Shown one piece after another: positions 25,001 to 36,352 of a stretch of DNA of 64,000 nt. Source of the DNA: Torpedo marmorata. Its lineage: Eukaryota. The notes under the pieces were generated by a model, which did not search any database, was not told the origin of the DNA, and was given only the letters and a program-made list of their open reading frames with translations. Both the position numbers and the translations under genes were made by a program. The DNA is taken from NCBI GenBank assembly GCA_977017645.1, contig OZ360220.1:48794001-48858000 (forward strand), given 5' to 3'. Positions within the stretch are counted from its first letter, which is position 1; every line of letters starts with the position of its first letter.

Positions 25001-28000
25001 TGGATCCTATGATATTTTTGTTTGGAGATATTAAAAAATTCAGTATTAAGATGAAATTAAATCTGTATCAAAGAAAATTTTTACGAATTGCTTTAGCTGT
25101 TTCTAAGAAATGCATTGCTATTACATGGAAGTCTGATGTAGATTTAGGGTTAGAAAGATGGCATGCAGAACTTCGTTCATGCATACCACTTGAAAAAATT
25201 ACTTATAATTTACGTAATAAGTATAATTTCTTTTTTAAAATTTGGAGCCCTTATATGAAAGTTGTTGGTTTAAGGATTTGAAGATCTCTGGACATCGGAT
25301 CTACTGGCGAACCTAACCTCCATAATAGAATTAGCTTATAGATTTAATTTTTAGATTTACATTCTCCTTACTCTATCTTTTTCTTTCTTTCTTTTTATTT
25401 TTTATTTTATTAGATTAATAGGGATGGGAGGGTAAGGGAGGGGAGGGTGGGGGGGGGGATGAAAATATATCACAAGTATTTTGATAATTTTATATTTTAT
25501 TTTATTTATTTTGTGATTTAAAATTTGAAATAAAATATTTTTAAAAAAAGAAAGGCTCACTGAAAGCAGGGATAGGTTGCAAGGGTGCCACTGAGGGACC
25601 CTGATTAGGTTTACCCACCACCTGACAAGTGTGACAGGCCCGGCAAAAGCTTACAACCTCCCTTCTCAAACTGGGCCAATAAAATTGTTTCATTATCTTC
25701 CGTATAGTTTTCTTCACCCCAAGGTGTCCACCTATGGGTGTGCTATGAGCCAAAGTTATTATTTCGTCCCTATATACTTTAGGGATCACAACCTGCTACA
25801 CTACTGCCCATTCTTCACTGTCAGGAACATCACATGGTCTCCACTTTCTCATCAACACCCCATCTTTTTCACAATAACCCACTGGCACCTTCTTAATCTC
25901 CTCTTCAGAGAGAACCTTGTCCCTCACCTCAGCAAGATCAGGATCCTCCTTTTGCCTTGCTATTAGCTCCTGTCGGGATAGTGACAAATCTGTGCCTTTA
26001 GGTGTCTTATCAGTGGATGGGTGTAACTCAGGAGATTGCTCAACCTTTTCCAGGTGTTTTTGATTATCACCGTCTTTTTCTTTCACCAAGTTATTTTCCA
26101 CTGCCTTCTCTTCAGTGACATTTTTCTTAGACATGGCCCTGGTTATGGCACATGCCGGATAAATATCAGAGTCCTTCTCTGACTTATCAATGACTGGCTT
26201 ACTGGTCATTCGCACTGCAGGAACTACTTTAGCCTCAGCCAAGTCATTGCCTAGCAACAGTGAGACTCCTTCTACTGACAACTCTGATCTCACTCCTATT
26301 ATAACAGGTCCTTCCAGTTCAACACAATTTTGTGCAAAGGAATGGACTCAACATCACCCCCAATTCCTTTAATTAAATTCATTTCACCAGTGTCAGTGGC
26401 TTCATAAAATTCCAAGACGCTATCTAACACAAGTGACTGAGCAGCTCCAGTATCTCGCACGATTTTCACTGGAACTTGCTTTGATCCTGCCTTTACTGAA
26501 ACAAAACCATCAGTCACAAAAGGTTTAAATACATCCCTAACTTTGTCAATAAATTTGTCTCCTACCTGGGTGTTTCTCACTCTGAATACAAGCATTAGGT
26601 GTTGCATCCTTTTCTCTCTTCTTTTTCAACAGTGGACAGCTTGCTAGCATATGACCAGCCTTCCTACAGTAGTGGCAAATGGGACCCGAAGGGTTTTCCC
26701 TTTTCCACTTTCCTTCACCTCTTTCCTTAACACCACTTCCAAATTTACTTTCTACTTGCTTGGGATTATCCACAGTGACCTTTTGGAAAATTCTGCCTGA
26801 CGTCCACTTAGGCTTGTGGGTTAAAGCATATTCATCAGCTAACTTAACTGAATTTTGCCAAGTTTTCACCTCCTTTTCATCTAAGTATGCCTTAATATCC
26901 TCAGGAACACACCTTTTTATCTCCTCAATTAGTATCAATTCTCTCAATTTGTTTGTAATCATTGTTTACCGCCTTAGATGTGCACCACCAGTCAAAACAT
27001 ACAACCTTTTCATAGGCAAACTCTGTGTAAGATTGGGTTGCTGATCTTTTTAAATTTCTAAACTCCTGTCTATAATCCTCTGGAACTAACTCATAAGCCT
27101 GGAGTATAGCTTTTTTCACCATTTCATAATCAGCAGCTTGCTCCGTGGTAAGAGTAGAATAAGCTTGCTGAGCTTTTCCTTTAATTACATTTTGTAACAT
27201 AAGAGACCATTGGTCTTGTGGCCATTTTAATTTCACAGCCACCTTCTCAGAATGCTGGAAGTACTTATCTGTTTCCGCCTCCCCAAATGGAGGAACCAAC
27301 CTAACTTCTCTACTGGCCAAAAACCTCTCAACAGGACCACAAATTTGATCTTGGTGCTCTTCTTGTCTCCTCTCATTTTCCAACTTATTCTTTTCCAGCT
27401 CATATTGCCTAATTTTCTCCTCATTCTCTAATCTCTTTTGTTCTCAGGCTGCCTCCAAGTCTAATCTCTTTTGTTCAAATTCCCTGTCTAATTTCTTTTG
27501 TTCCAATTCCAATTTCTTTAGTTCCAACTATATGTTTTCAGAAGGTTTACCCTTGGGAAACTGCTCTAACATGCTCTCCTCAAACTTTTTCCCTTTTATA
27601 TAGTATTTGGCAATTTTTCTCCCAATCTCCACCTTTTTCATTCATGGTTTTACAGAAGCAATGCCCAACTCTGTTGCTATAGACACTAACTGTTCCTTTT
27701 CAGCCTTTTTTAAAGTATCAGGTTCAGGTGATTCCAAAAAAATTTCCACATCCATTGTTGCTGGTTTTTGTTACACACACACACACAAGCTTTTAATTAG
27801 CTTTACAAAAGGAATGTCTTAAACCAGACTGGGATTCCTTCAATTACCAAGCTGGAGCTTGATTCAACCTTTGACGAGCCCCCAATTCATTACAAATTCA
27901 AACCAGCAACGACAGAAGACGCAATGCAAAAGGGGTAAAATTGAAATTTATATTTATTAAAGACAATTAAACATATTAACCCCACTATAAATGTCTATAA

Positions 28001-28723
28001 ACACTATTCTTATCTAAAGAATTTGTGTGTGTGATGCCAGACCATTACAGTCTGTGTCCAACCCTCATGTAAAAATGAAAAACCTTCCCCAAAACCCCCA
28101 GGTCAGTCATAAAAATAAGTCAGTCCCAAAAATACAGTCCACAAAAATCACTTTCTATGTTCAGGGTCCAAATTCAGCTCTGTGCGCTGGCACGAAGGAC
28201 TTCTTAATGAACATTGGAGAGAAAGACAATGACTGTTTAAGCTTACGAATGCTTGGCCTGCTTTTCTTCCCTGATGACTTTCCCTTTTGGTAGGTGCACG
28301 AGGATTGCGATTCCAAATCTGTTTTGATTGAGGCGTATAATTGGATCTCACAGCCTGTCTCGCTGATCTCACGCCTGTTCTCCATGAAAGTTGTTTATCT
28401 CAGGATTTTGCTGATACAGGAGGCCATGTGCTATTCTCCCAGCCTTTCTCACTGGAATGCACAAGCCTCTGTGTTTGCTGTGTTGCTCCAGCCTTTGCAA
28501 CTCCAAACTGAATGCTTTTTGCAGAGGTTTGCACCTGCTTTTGCAAAAGTGCAACAAAGTATCTTTCCACAGCCTGTTTCTCTCTCTATGTGTCTCTCTC
28601 TCTGAGCACAGCCAGTCCTGGGCAAGTTAACTCTTTCAGTACCTGGTCCCAGTGTGTACTCCAAAAGACTTCATCCTTCCTGCTGACCGTCGCAGTCCAA
28701 ATGGTCAGTCATGGTCCATAACA
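22002..28723 (-). mobile_element. Gmr1-like Gypsy LTR retrotransposon (gag-CCHC, PR, INT, RT remnant, RNaseH), decayed, with L1 insertion
   Basis: LTRs 22002-22862 and 27888-28723. Perfect 4-bp TSD GTAC. PBS TGGGGGCTCGTC (tRNA-Pro-like) at 27873-27884. PPT GGGTGGGAGG at 22863-22872. gag 26925-27383, CHYCRKAGHMLASC knuckle, RDTGA protease, HHCC (25541-25789) and INT core (23995-24456). RT end (YLG..RRFLG) and RNaseH end (HIKGKDNVIADCLSR, ~23000-23050) lie downstream of INT. Confidence 0.93.
24613..25547 (+). mobile_element. L1-clade LINE 3' fragment inserted into the Gypsy integrase
   Basis: ORF 24643-25281 with the C-terminal C-x2-C..H..C motif (CVRC..HSTWFC). AATAAA + A tail. 14-bp TSD AAGAAAGGCTCACT at 24599-24612 and 25548-25561. 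Confidence 0.92.
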
Positions 28724-28773
28724 GTACACATTAATTTAGTTCTTGTTAACAATTTGGTTTTCTTTGTCAATTA

Positions 28774-29385
28774 CACTGGACAACGAAGATTTTACTTCCT
28801 GAATACTTTTGGGTGCATTTTATGGATTTTGGGCTGCTGATCATCAAAATCACCTTAAAACTTTCCTATCACGTTCCGGTTTTTTTAGATATAACCTATT
28901 TTTGTGATTTCCTGTTATATTTTAAGTCTACTTCAAGCATAAAAAACCATGAAGTGCAACATGACATTGAAAATTCATTTTCTGTATTCGCACTTGGAAT
29001 TTCTCTGCTGATCTTGTTGCATCAATGGCGAACATGGTGAAAGGTTTCACTAGGTCATTGCGACCATGGAAAAGCGGTATCAGGGCAACTGGAATCCATC
29101 AATGCTGGCTGACTATTGTTGGACACTGACACGAGAGACATCAAATGCTGAGTACAAATGGAAAATCAGCGGCAAAACATTTTTAGTTCAGTTGAACTGA
29201 TGCTATGTGTCAGCATCATTATGCGATTAAACATGCTAAATTCAAGAAAAGTTCATTTAATGTTTCTCCAACTTCCTACGTGATAAAGCAAATCTGAAAT
29301 TATCTTTGTGTTCAGCTTGGAGATGTCTATCATAATCCCCATTTTTTCAGTAAGCAAACCTTTTCAAAAAAATTATTGTCCAGTG
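28774..29385 (+). mobile_element. Chapaev (CMC superfamily) non-autonomous DNA transposon
   Basis: TTA|CACTGGACAA ... TTGTCCAGTG|TTA gives 10-bp TIRs and a 3-bp TWA TSD. Contains the transposase C-terminal remnant (LKIHFL.SHL..EHGERF). Confidence 0.8.
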
Positions 29386-29449
29386 TTACTGCCCAGTTTG
29401 TTGCCTTTCTCTCATCGCCTCACATATAAAGTTTTGTTCAGCTATTAAA

Positions 29450-29590
29450 AGCACAATAATGCTGGAGGAACTCAGCAGGCCATGCAGCGTCCATAGGAGG
29501 TAAAGATATATAACCAACATTTCGGGTTGAGCCGCCTTCTTCTAATTTTACTGCAATCACAGCATCTGCAGACTTTTGTGTTTCACAAAG
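29450..29590. mobile_element. Penelope-like pseudo-LTR remnant
   Basis: TGCTGGAGGAACTCAGCAGG block, degenerate hammerhead on minus at ~29515-29540, then an inverted terminal piece. Confidence 0.55.
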
Positions 29591-30074
29591 TTGAGCTATT
29601 ACTTTGCACTATTATTCTCTGTGACTTACTTCTGAAGGTCCCCAGTGTATTTTCAAATAACTCCTCCAGATACTGCAGTTGAATGTTCAATAGTTTAAAG
29701 CTGTAGTGACTTATCTTCTGCGCCTGCTCCTGCAAGGTTTGGCCATCAATGAAAGACCTTTGAAACTGCAGCTGCACTCTCTGGTAATGAAGTGGCATTT
29801 ACTCGGAATGGGTGAGAAGCATTTTATCCTGCTTTCAGTCCACTTTATATAATAAATGAGGGATAGTTGTGGACTCACCTGTTCGAGCTACACTGGAGCA
29901 TTTTTCAACTGAAGGACACTTCACCTGATGAAAAGGAAGCGAGGGTGAAATCTACCGTAACCAAAATGAACTCGAGCCACTCCACACAAGTGCCTTTTCT
30001 TTGCTAAGTAATTTGCTGGGAAGAGTATTTTCTTCTTTCACAGGAAGCCATGTGTTCCATTGAGTCAGGGAATC

Positions 30075-30268
30075 ACAAAGCAAAGAACAGGCCCTTCAGC
30101 CCAACTTGTCCATGTTGACCAGGTTGGCATTCTGGGCTACTCTCATTTGCCTGCACTTGGTCCATGTCCTTCTAAGTCCTTGCAATACATATATTTGTCC
30201 AAATGTCTTTTGGACATTGTAGCTGAACCCACTTCTACAGCTTGCTCTGATAGCTCATTCCAGATACA
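30075..30268 (-). mobile_element. Diverged CR1 3' end
   Basis: AGGCCCTTCAGCCCA and downstream similarity to other CR1 3' ends. Confidence 0.55.
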
Positions 30269-31212
30269 GACGACCCAGATATATCAGAGCACATGTTATG
30301 GTATCCCTGATATCAGAGCATTTCTGTACAAAATTAAGCCACAAACACAAAATAACTTTATATTTCAAAATATAGAAATCCAGAAAGATTTGGAAAAAGC
30401 AAAGGAGAAGAAAATTATGTCGAATAGTAAGGAGATTTTCTGGAAAACTTCAGCAACCTAAAGGCATACAAGGAGAGGGAAACAGAATGCCCACCTGATT
30501 GCTGATCTTTCATAAGGTTCTAGGTTTGGAATTCGTATATGGATATTTGCTCAAAAGTGTGAACTATGGATCAGTCACATCTCAGAGGCAGAAGGTTGTA
30601 GATTAAAGATCTACTCCAAGAACTTCAGCACAAAAACTAAGCATTGTACTGTAGATCCAAACAGCCTGACACCATCAGCTGAATTATTTATCACTTTTCT
30701 GCATGCTCAGGTAGTTCTGCAAGATCTCTTTGCACTGACATTTGCTTTCCAATCCCATTGATCTACTAATGATCCCCAGCAGGGTGTTTGAGGCATTCAA
30801 TATGTGTGTGCAGAGTATTTCTCAAATGGTGAGGGAAATGAAAAGGTTTGATTCCCTTTAGATTCTGTTTCATCTATAAAGACCAGATCAGGTTTTGGGA
30901 AATTTCACCATGCAATAGATTTCCATTCCAAACTCCCACTCACGATAAGACTCCTGAAAATGCTTTATTTTATTCTTTCTAATTCGTGCCAAAACCACCG
31001 TTTATTGTCTGTAACGTGTTGCCCTTGAACTGAATGTCCTGTAAGACCAATTTGGAGATCAGTTTAAGTTCATATAGTCTGCAATGACATATTGGCCGTT
31101 CCAGTCTGGTATGAACCTAAGGAAGATTCGATTCGATTCAAAAGGATGGTGTAATTAGGTTGACATAATTGTTTCAACTACCCTTACATTGTGAAATGCT
31201 CAGTTTGACCAT

Positions 31213-32200
31213 CAGACATAAGAGCAGAAATAGGCTATTCAGCCCATCGAGTCTACACTGCCATTTAATCATGAGCTGATCCATTTTCCCACTCAGCCCC
31301 ACTGTCCGGCCTTCTCGCCATAATCTTTGATGCCCTGGCTCATAAAGAACCTATCAATCTCTGCCTTAAATACACCCAATGACTTGGCCTCCACAACCAC
31401 CTGTGGCAACAAATTCCACAGATTTACCACCCTCTGGCTGAAGAAATTCTTCCGCATCTCTGTTCTAAGCGGACGCCCTTCAATCTTGAAGTTATGCCCT
31501 CTTGTCCTGGACTCTCTCACCAGGGGAAGCAACCTTTCTACATCTACTTTGTCCACTCATTTTAACATTTAAAATGTTTCAATGAGATCCCCCATTCTTC
31601 AAACTTTCAACGAGTACAGGCCAAAAATATCAAACGCTCCTCATATGATAATCCTTTCATTCCCAGAATCATCCTTGTGAACCTCCTCTGAATCCTTTCC
31701 AAAGTCAGCACATCATTTCTTAAATGAGGCGCCCAGAACTGCACAAAATACTCCAAGTGAGGTCCGACTAGTGTCTTATAAAGCCTCAACATCACATCCC
31801 TGCTCTTATATTCTATTCTTCTTGAAAGAAATGCCAGCATTGCATTTGCATTCTTCACCACTGGTTCAACATGCAAGTTTACCTTCAGGCCATCCTGCAC
31901 GAGGACTCCCAGGTCCCTTTGCATCTGGGTATTTTCAATTTTCTCCCCATTTAAAAAAATAGTCTGCGCGTTTATTTTTTTTCTACCAAAGTGCATGACA
32001 GTACACTTTCCAACATTGTATTTCATTTACCAGTTCTCTGCTCATTCTCCTAATCTGTATAAATTCTTCTGCAACCTCCCTGTTACCTTAACGCTACCTG
32101 CTCCTCCACCTACCTCCGTATCGTCTGCAAACTTAGCCACAAAGCCATTCATTCCATAATCCAAATCATTAATATACAACATTAAAAGAAGCGGCCCCAA
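31213..32200 (-). mobile_element. CR1 3' fragment (RT C-terminal half)
   Basis: ORFs 31607-32026 and 31293-31556, with FADDT at ~32118-32132. Same subfamily as the host element at 47160-49170. Confidence 0.88.
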
Positions 32201-32433
32201 TAGAAGTGACATCAATGGAGTAGAAAATCAGGAGACAGATAGATGGTGTAATTCAATTTCCCTGGCATTACTCCATTGCCAAAATTTAAATTCGCCTCTC
32301 TTGCTGTTATCGACCATGAAGGAATAAAAACAGAGATGGACAGATTTTCACTAACAGGAGGCAACTTATATTTCACAGTTCGATTATCTATTTAATGGGA
32401 AGGAAGAGAAACTGGAAGTATTCCAGATAATTA

Positions 32434-33354
32434 TCGTATTTGACGGCATATAAGACACCCCTTTTTATCCCAAAAAATCGGCTCAAAAACCACCCCAGGT
32501 CTTATACGCGAAGGTGACATTTTGGTGCCGCCATTTTGGGTACCGAGTGGAGGCTTTCATCCGCAAGATGGCGACAGGAGGAAAGTGCTCAAACTACTCA
32601 CCCAGTTTCAAGAAGCCCGTGAGGTGCTGCGGCTGTTCAGGAAGCAGGCCCGCAGCTTCGCGGACCACCTTCCCTTGGGTGGCCCGTGCTTTATGGAGTC
32701 GCTGCCGCAGCGGCCTCCACTCACTTACCCAGGTAAGAAGGTTCGCTCTCTCCCTCCTTCCCGCCCGCCCGCTCGCTCCCTCCCTCCCGCCCTCTCCCTC
32801 CCTCCTGCTCGCTCTCTCCCAAAGTGCTTTGAGGGGAGCACTGTGCCTTGATGATCAGGCATTGTTCGACGAGCACGGACCCCCGAGCAAATTGAATGAG
32901 GCGTGGGGGCGGGTGGCAGTGAGCAAGCGGCCTGTCAAGCTCAACAGGCCGCTCGCTCACTGCAATCCGCCCCCGCGCCTCATTCAATCTGTTCGGGGGG
33001 CCGTGTGCGTCGAACAAAGGCTCAGCATGGAGCCTGATCACCGAGGCCCAGAGCTCCCCTCAAAGCAAGCGATCGATCGTCTGCTCCCCGCGACGGTGGG
33101 CCTGGGCACTGCCCATTGTCCTGGCTTCTCTCTCTCACACCCTCACGCGCCCGTGGGTCCAGGCGCGCCTGTCAATCAATCGGTGTTTGGACGGTGGGGG
33201 CGAAGAAGCCTGAGCCTCGGCGTGCAGCCAGCAGGAGGACGTGTTGCTGCTGTGAAGGTAAATACACTAAAACAAATTTTTCCTGAAATCTAACGCTAAA
33301 AATCGTGGGCGGGGGTCCTATATGCCAGTGGGTCCGATATGCTGTCAAATACGG
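32434..33354. mobile_element. Non-autonomous TcMar-type DNA transposon with GC/CpG-rich interior
   Basis: TA|TCGTATTTGACGGCATATAAGAC ... GTCCGATATGCTGTCAAATACGG|TA gives ~23-bp TIRs with a TA TSD. Confidence 0.8.
32862..33016. repeat. Long GC-rich inverted repeat (~74-bp arms, ~8-nt loop)
   Basis: TTGTTCGACGAGCACGG..ATTGAATGAGGCG..GCGGCCTGT / ACAGGCCGC..CGCCTCATTCAAT..CCGTGTGCGTCGAACAA. Confidence 0.9.
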
Positions 33355-33511
33355 TAATCAACCCAAATGAAGAAAAAAAAATCAACCCATTGCTTCTAAA
33401 GTCGGTTTAGTCATACGGAATATGTTCAGACTATATCAAGGCAAAACAAATATGTATCCAAACAGGACAAGGATTTACTTATAAGACTTAAGACTAGTTA
33501 CTGTTACATCT

Positions 33512-33745
33512 TGTGGTAAACCACTTTGTATAGGTTGTGGCTGGGTGATATGTCTGGACATGCCCTCTGCTGACTGTCCCAATGGCTCCTCCCACAGACC
33601 CCCTGAATAAAGGCCATTGTGCCACCACTCCTCCCCCAGTCCGGGACAGATTACCAGCATGGATGTAGCTCCATTCTTTTGCTAATAAAAGCCTTTCAGT
33701 TCTAGTACAACTTCTAGTCTTTTGAAGTTATTGATAGGCTCATCA
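33512..33745 (+). mobile_element. Solo LTR
   Basis: TG..CA ends, AATAAA, 5-bp TSD CATCT/CATTT. Related to 52426-52673. Confidence 0.75.
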
Positions 33746-33846
33746 CATTTCTAAGCTGTGAGTCTAAATTTAATGTTTGAGAAATTGTCTGTGCCAGTAT
33801 TTTATTGCTAGGGAGCAGGTACATCACATGAACCTATTGTCCAAAA

Positions 33847-33977
33847 NNNNNNNNNNNNNNNNNNNNNNNNNNNNNNNNNNNNNNNNNNNNNNNNNNNNNN
33901 NNNNNNNNNNNNNNNNNNNNNNNNNNNNNNNNNNNNNNNNNNNNNNNNNNNNNNNNNNNNNNNNNNNNNNNNNNNNN
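33847..33977. other. Assembly gap (131 N)
   Basis: Run of N characters. Confidence 1.
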
Positions 33978-34272
33978 CACATGCACATACACACAAACAC
34001 ACAAGCAAACGCATGCATGCGTGTACTCACACACAAACACACACATGCACAGACATACAAACACAGCACACGCACGAATGCACACACACACACATACACA
34101 AACGCAAAAGCACACATGCACATACAAAAATACACATGCACACACACACATGCACATGCATACTCGCACACACACAAAAACACACACAAGCACACACACA
34201 TACAGACATACAAACACACAAACAGCACACGCACGCATACAAACACACACACACACACACTCACACACACAA
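33978..34272. repeat. Degenerate (CA)n microsatellite
   Basis: CA-rich low-complexity tract adjoining the gap. Confidence 0.95.
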
Positions 34273-34294
34273 ACTGTCTAGAGGTAGAGTCACA

Positions 34295-34910
34295 AAATCA
34301 TGCAGTGGAGAAGCAGGCCCTTTGCCCAGTCATGTTCACATTACCTATCTGTATTAAATCCCATTGACTACCACTTGGCCCACAGTCTTATATGTCTTGG
34401 CTATTCACATGGTTTTCTAAATATGTCTTAAATGTTATGAGCATCAAGCTGCTCTACCCCCTCAAGTAGTGCATGCCAGATTCTAGATTTTCAAGATGTT
34501 GAAAAACATCTTCCTCAAATTCCCTCCAAACCTTTTACTTCTTACCCTAAGCCTATGCCCTCTAGTTTTTGATACCTCTCATACGGAAAAACAGTTTCCT
34601 TCTTTTTACTCTATGCAGCCCTCTCATAATTTTGCATATCTCTCTCAGATGCATCCTTAGCCTCCTCCACACAAGGAAAACCAAACACAACCTATCCAGT
34701 CTCTCCTCATAACTATAATGATCCCGCCCAGACAACTTTCTGGTAAATCTCCTCTTCACCTTCTCCAATTTAATTATGAGCTCTCTATAGTGTGATGAAC
34801 AGAACTGTACATGGTTGTTTTTGTATCATCATTTCCATGCTCCATGATCCTCTACGTCTGCTTCACTGCCTTATCTATCTGTGCTGCCACCTTCAGGGAT
34901 CCCAGGATTT
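34295..34910 (-). mobile_element. Diverged CR1 3' fragment
   Basis: ORF 34562-34768 (KVKRRFTRKL..SYEERLDRL). Confidence 0.7.
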
Positions 34911-35149
34911 GTACAATGAGGGTCCTTTTCCCTCAGGGTTCATTGGGACCTACCATAGGTTTAACAGGTTTATCAGTGTTTCCAAGTACAGGGTCAATGC
35001 AAATGCCAAAAAAAATTGATATCATTAAAAGTTCAATATAATTTCAGTAGAAACCGTATTAGTCAGCAACTGGTAAAAACGTAAAACTTGATACGAGAGA
35101 TAATGAGGGCAATTGGAACAACTACACTAGCAGTTTGGTAGGTGAGGAG

Positions 35150-35502
35150 TTAAACGAGAAAGTCTGCAGACGCTGTGAGTGTTGTGCAATACACTAAAGT
35201 GCTGGAGAAGCTCAGCAGGTCACACAGTATCTATCAGAAGCAAAGAGTAACCAATGTTTTGGACCTGATCCTTTTGTCAAGGTATAGGCAAAAAGTAGAG
35301 AGGCACCTGAATATAAAGATGTGGGGAGGAGTGGAGGGAAGAAGGGACAGGGGAAGAGCAGTCCAACAGGCAAGAGGTCATAAGTGGATATGGGTGGGAG
35401 GGCAGAAGAGAAAAAAGCTGAGAAATGATAGGGGGGAGGGGGTAGCTCCCTGAATGGAGAGTGAACGGGGTGGGGAGCTGAAGTAAAGGAGATGGAGGTA
35501 TA

Positions 35503-35537
<35 letters not shown>

Positions 35538-36352
35538 AAACAGGGGAGGGGTCTAACAGAAATTGGAGAAGTTGATGTTAATGCCATTGGATTGGAGGGT
35601 TCCCAGATGGAATATTAAAGTTCAAAGATCAATTTATTGTCAGAGTACACACAAAATATCACATACAACCCTGAGATTATTTTTCCTGCAGGCCAGGCAG
35701 TATCTCTACTTATTGGTAGTATAAATTGTACTCAAGAAAAAGATACGTATACAAGAAAGAGAAATGTAAACAAAGAAGGAAATGTAAACACACTGATTGC
35801 ACAAATACAGTAAAAATTAATATTCAGTAATAAATAATGTGCAAAGTAAGAGTCTCTAATGGAGTCTGTTCTTTAGGTTTCTGATGGTTCCTGAACCTGG
35901 TGGTGTGAGTCTTGTGGCACCTACACCTCTTTCCTAATGGCAGCAGTGAGAACAGAGCATGTCCTGGGTGGTGCGGATCCTTGATGATTGCTGCTGCTCT
36001 CCGACGGCAACGTTCCGTGTAGATTTTCTTGATGGTGGAGAGAGTTTTACCTGTGATGTTCTGGGCTGCGTCCACTACCTTTTGCAAGGCTTTCCGCTCA
36101 GAGGTATTGGTGCTCCCATACCAGACCATGATGCAGCCGGTCAGCACACTTTCCACTACACATCTGTAGAAGTTTGCCAAGGTTGCCGATGTCATACCGA
36201 ACCACTGCAAACTCCTCAAGAAGTAAAGGCATATTTTGGTGTTATTCCTCCAATTTGTGGGTAGTCTCAGTTTGGTAATGCATGAGGCCATGGACAAACA
36301 TGTCAGAGTGGGAACATGCTATGGAATTAAAATGGTCAGCCATTGGGAGGTC
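35150..36352 (-). mobile_element. Penelope-like element 3' part (GIY-YIG endonuclease C-terminus + pseudo-LTR), split by a Rex1 insertion
   Basis: Minus translation LPMADHFNS..KLEE (36350-36245) continues as IFHLGTLQ..NGINI after the insert (35615-35565). This is followed by a pyrimidine tract with (CT)n, a degenerate hammerhead at ~35252-35282 and the TGCTGAG..CCAGCA block. Confidence 0.78.
35617..36229 (-). mobile_element. Rex1/Babar 3' fragment
   Basis: ORF 35824-36297 ([29 protein letters not shown]); AATAAA and tail. Confidence 0.85.

Noticed and set aside
22002-28723. Endogenous retrovirus (because of the tRNA-Pro PBS)
   Set aside because: No env-like ORF is seen, and the domain order and motifs are Gypsy/Gmr1-like.
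32514-33293. 259-aa ORF as a host gene
   Set aside because: It lies wholly inside a TIR-bounded GC-rich element, contains low-complexity and palindromic sequence, and has no recognisable domain. High GC explains the lack of stops.
33777-34367. His/Thr- and Cys/Val-rich ORFs
   Set aside because: These are translations of a (CA)n microsatellite and an N gap.
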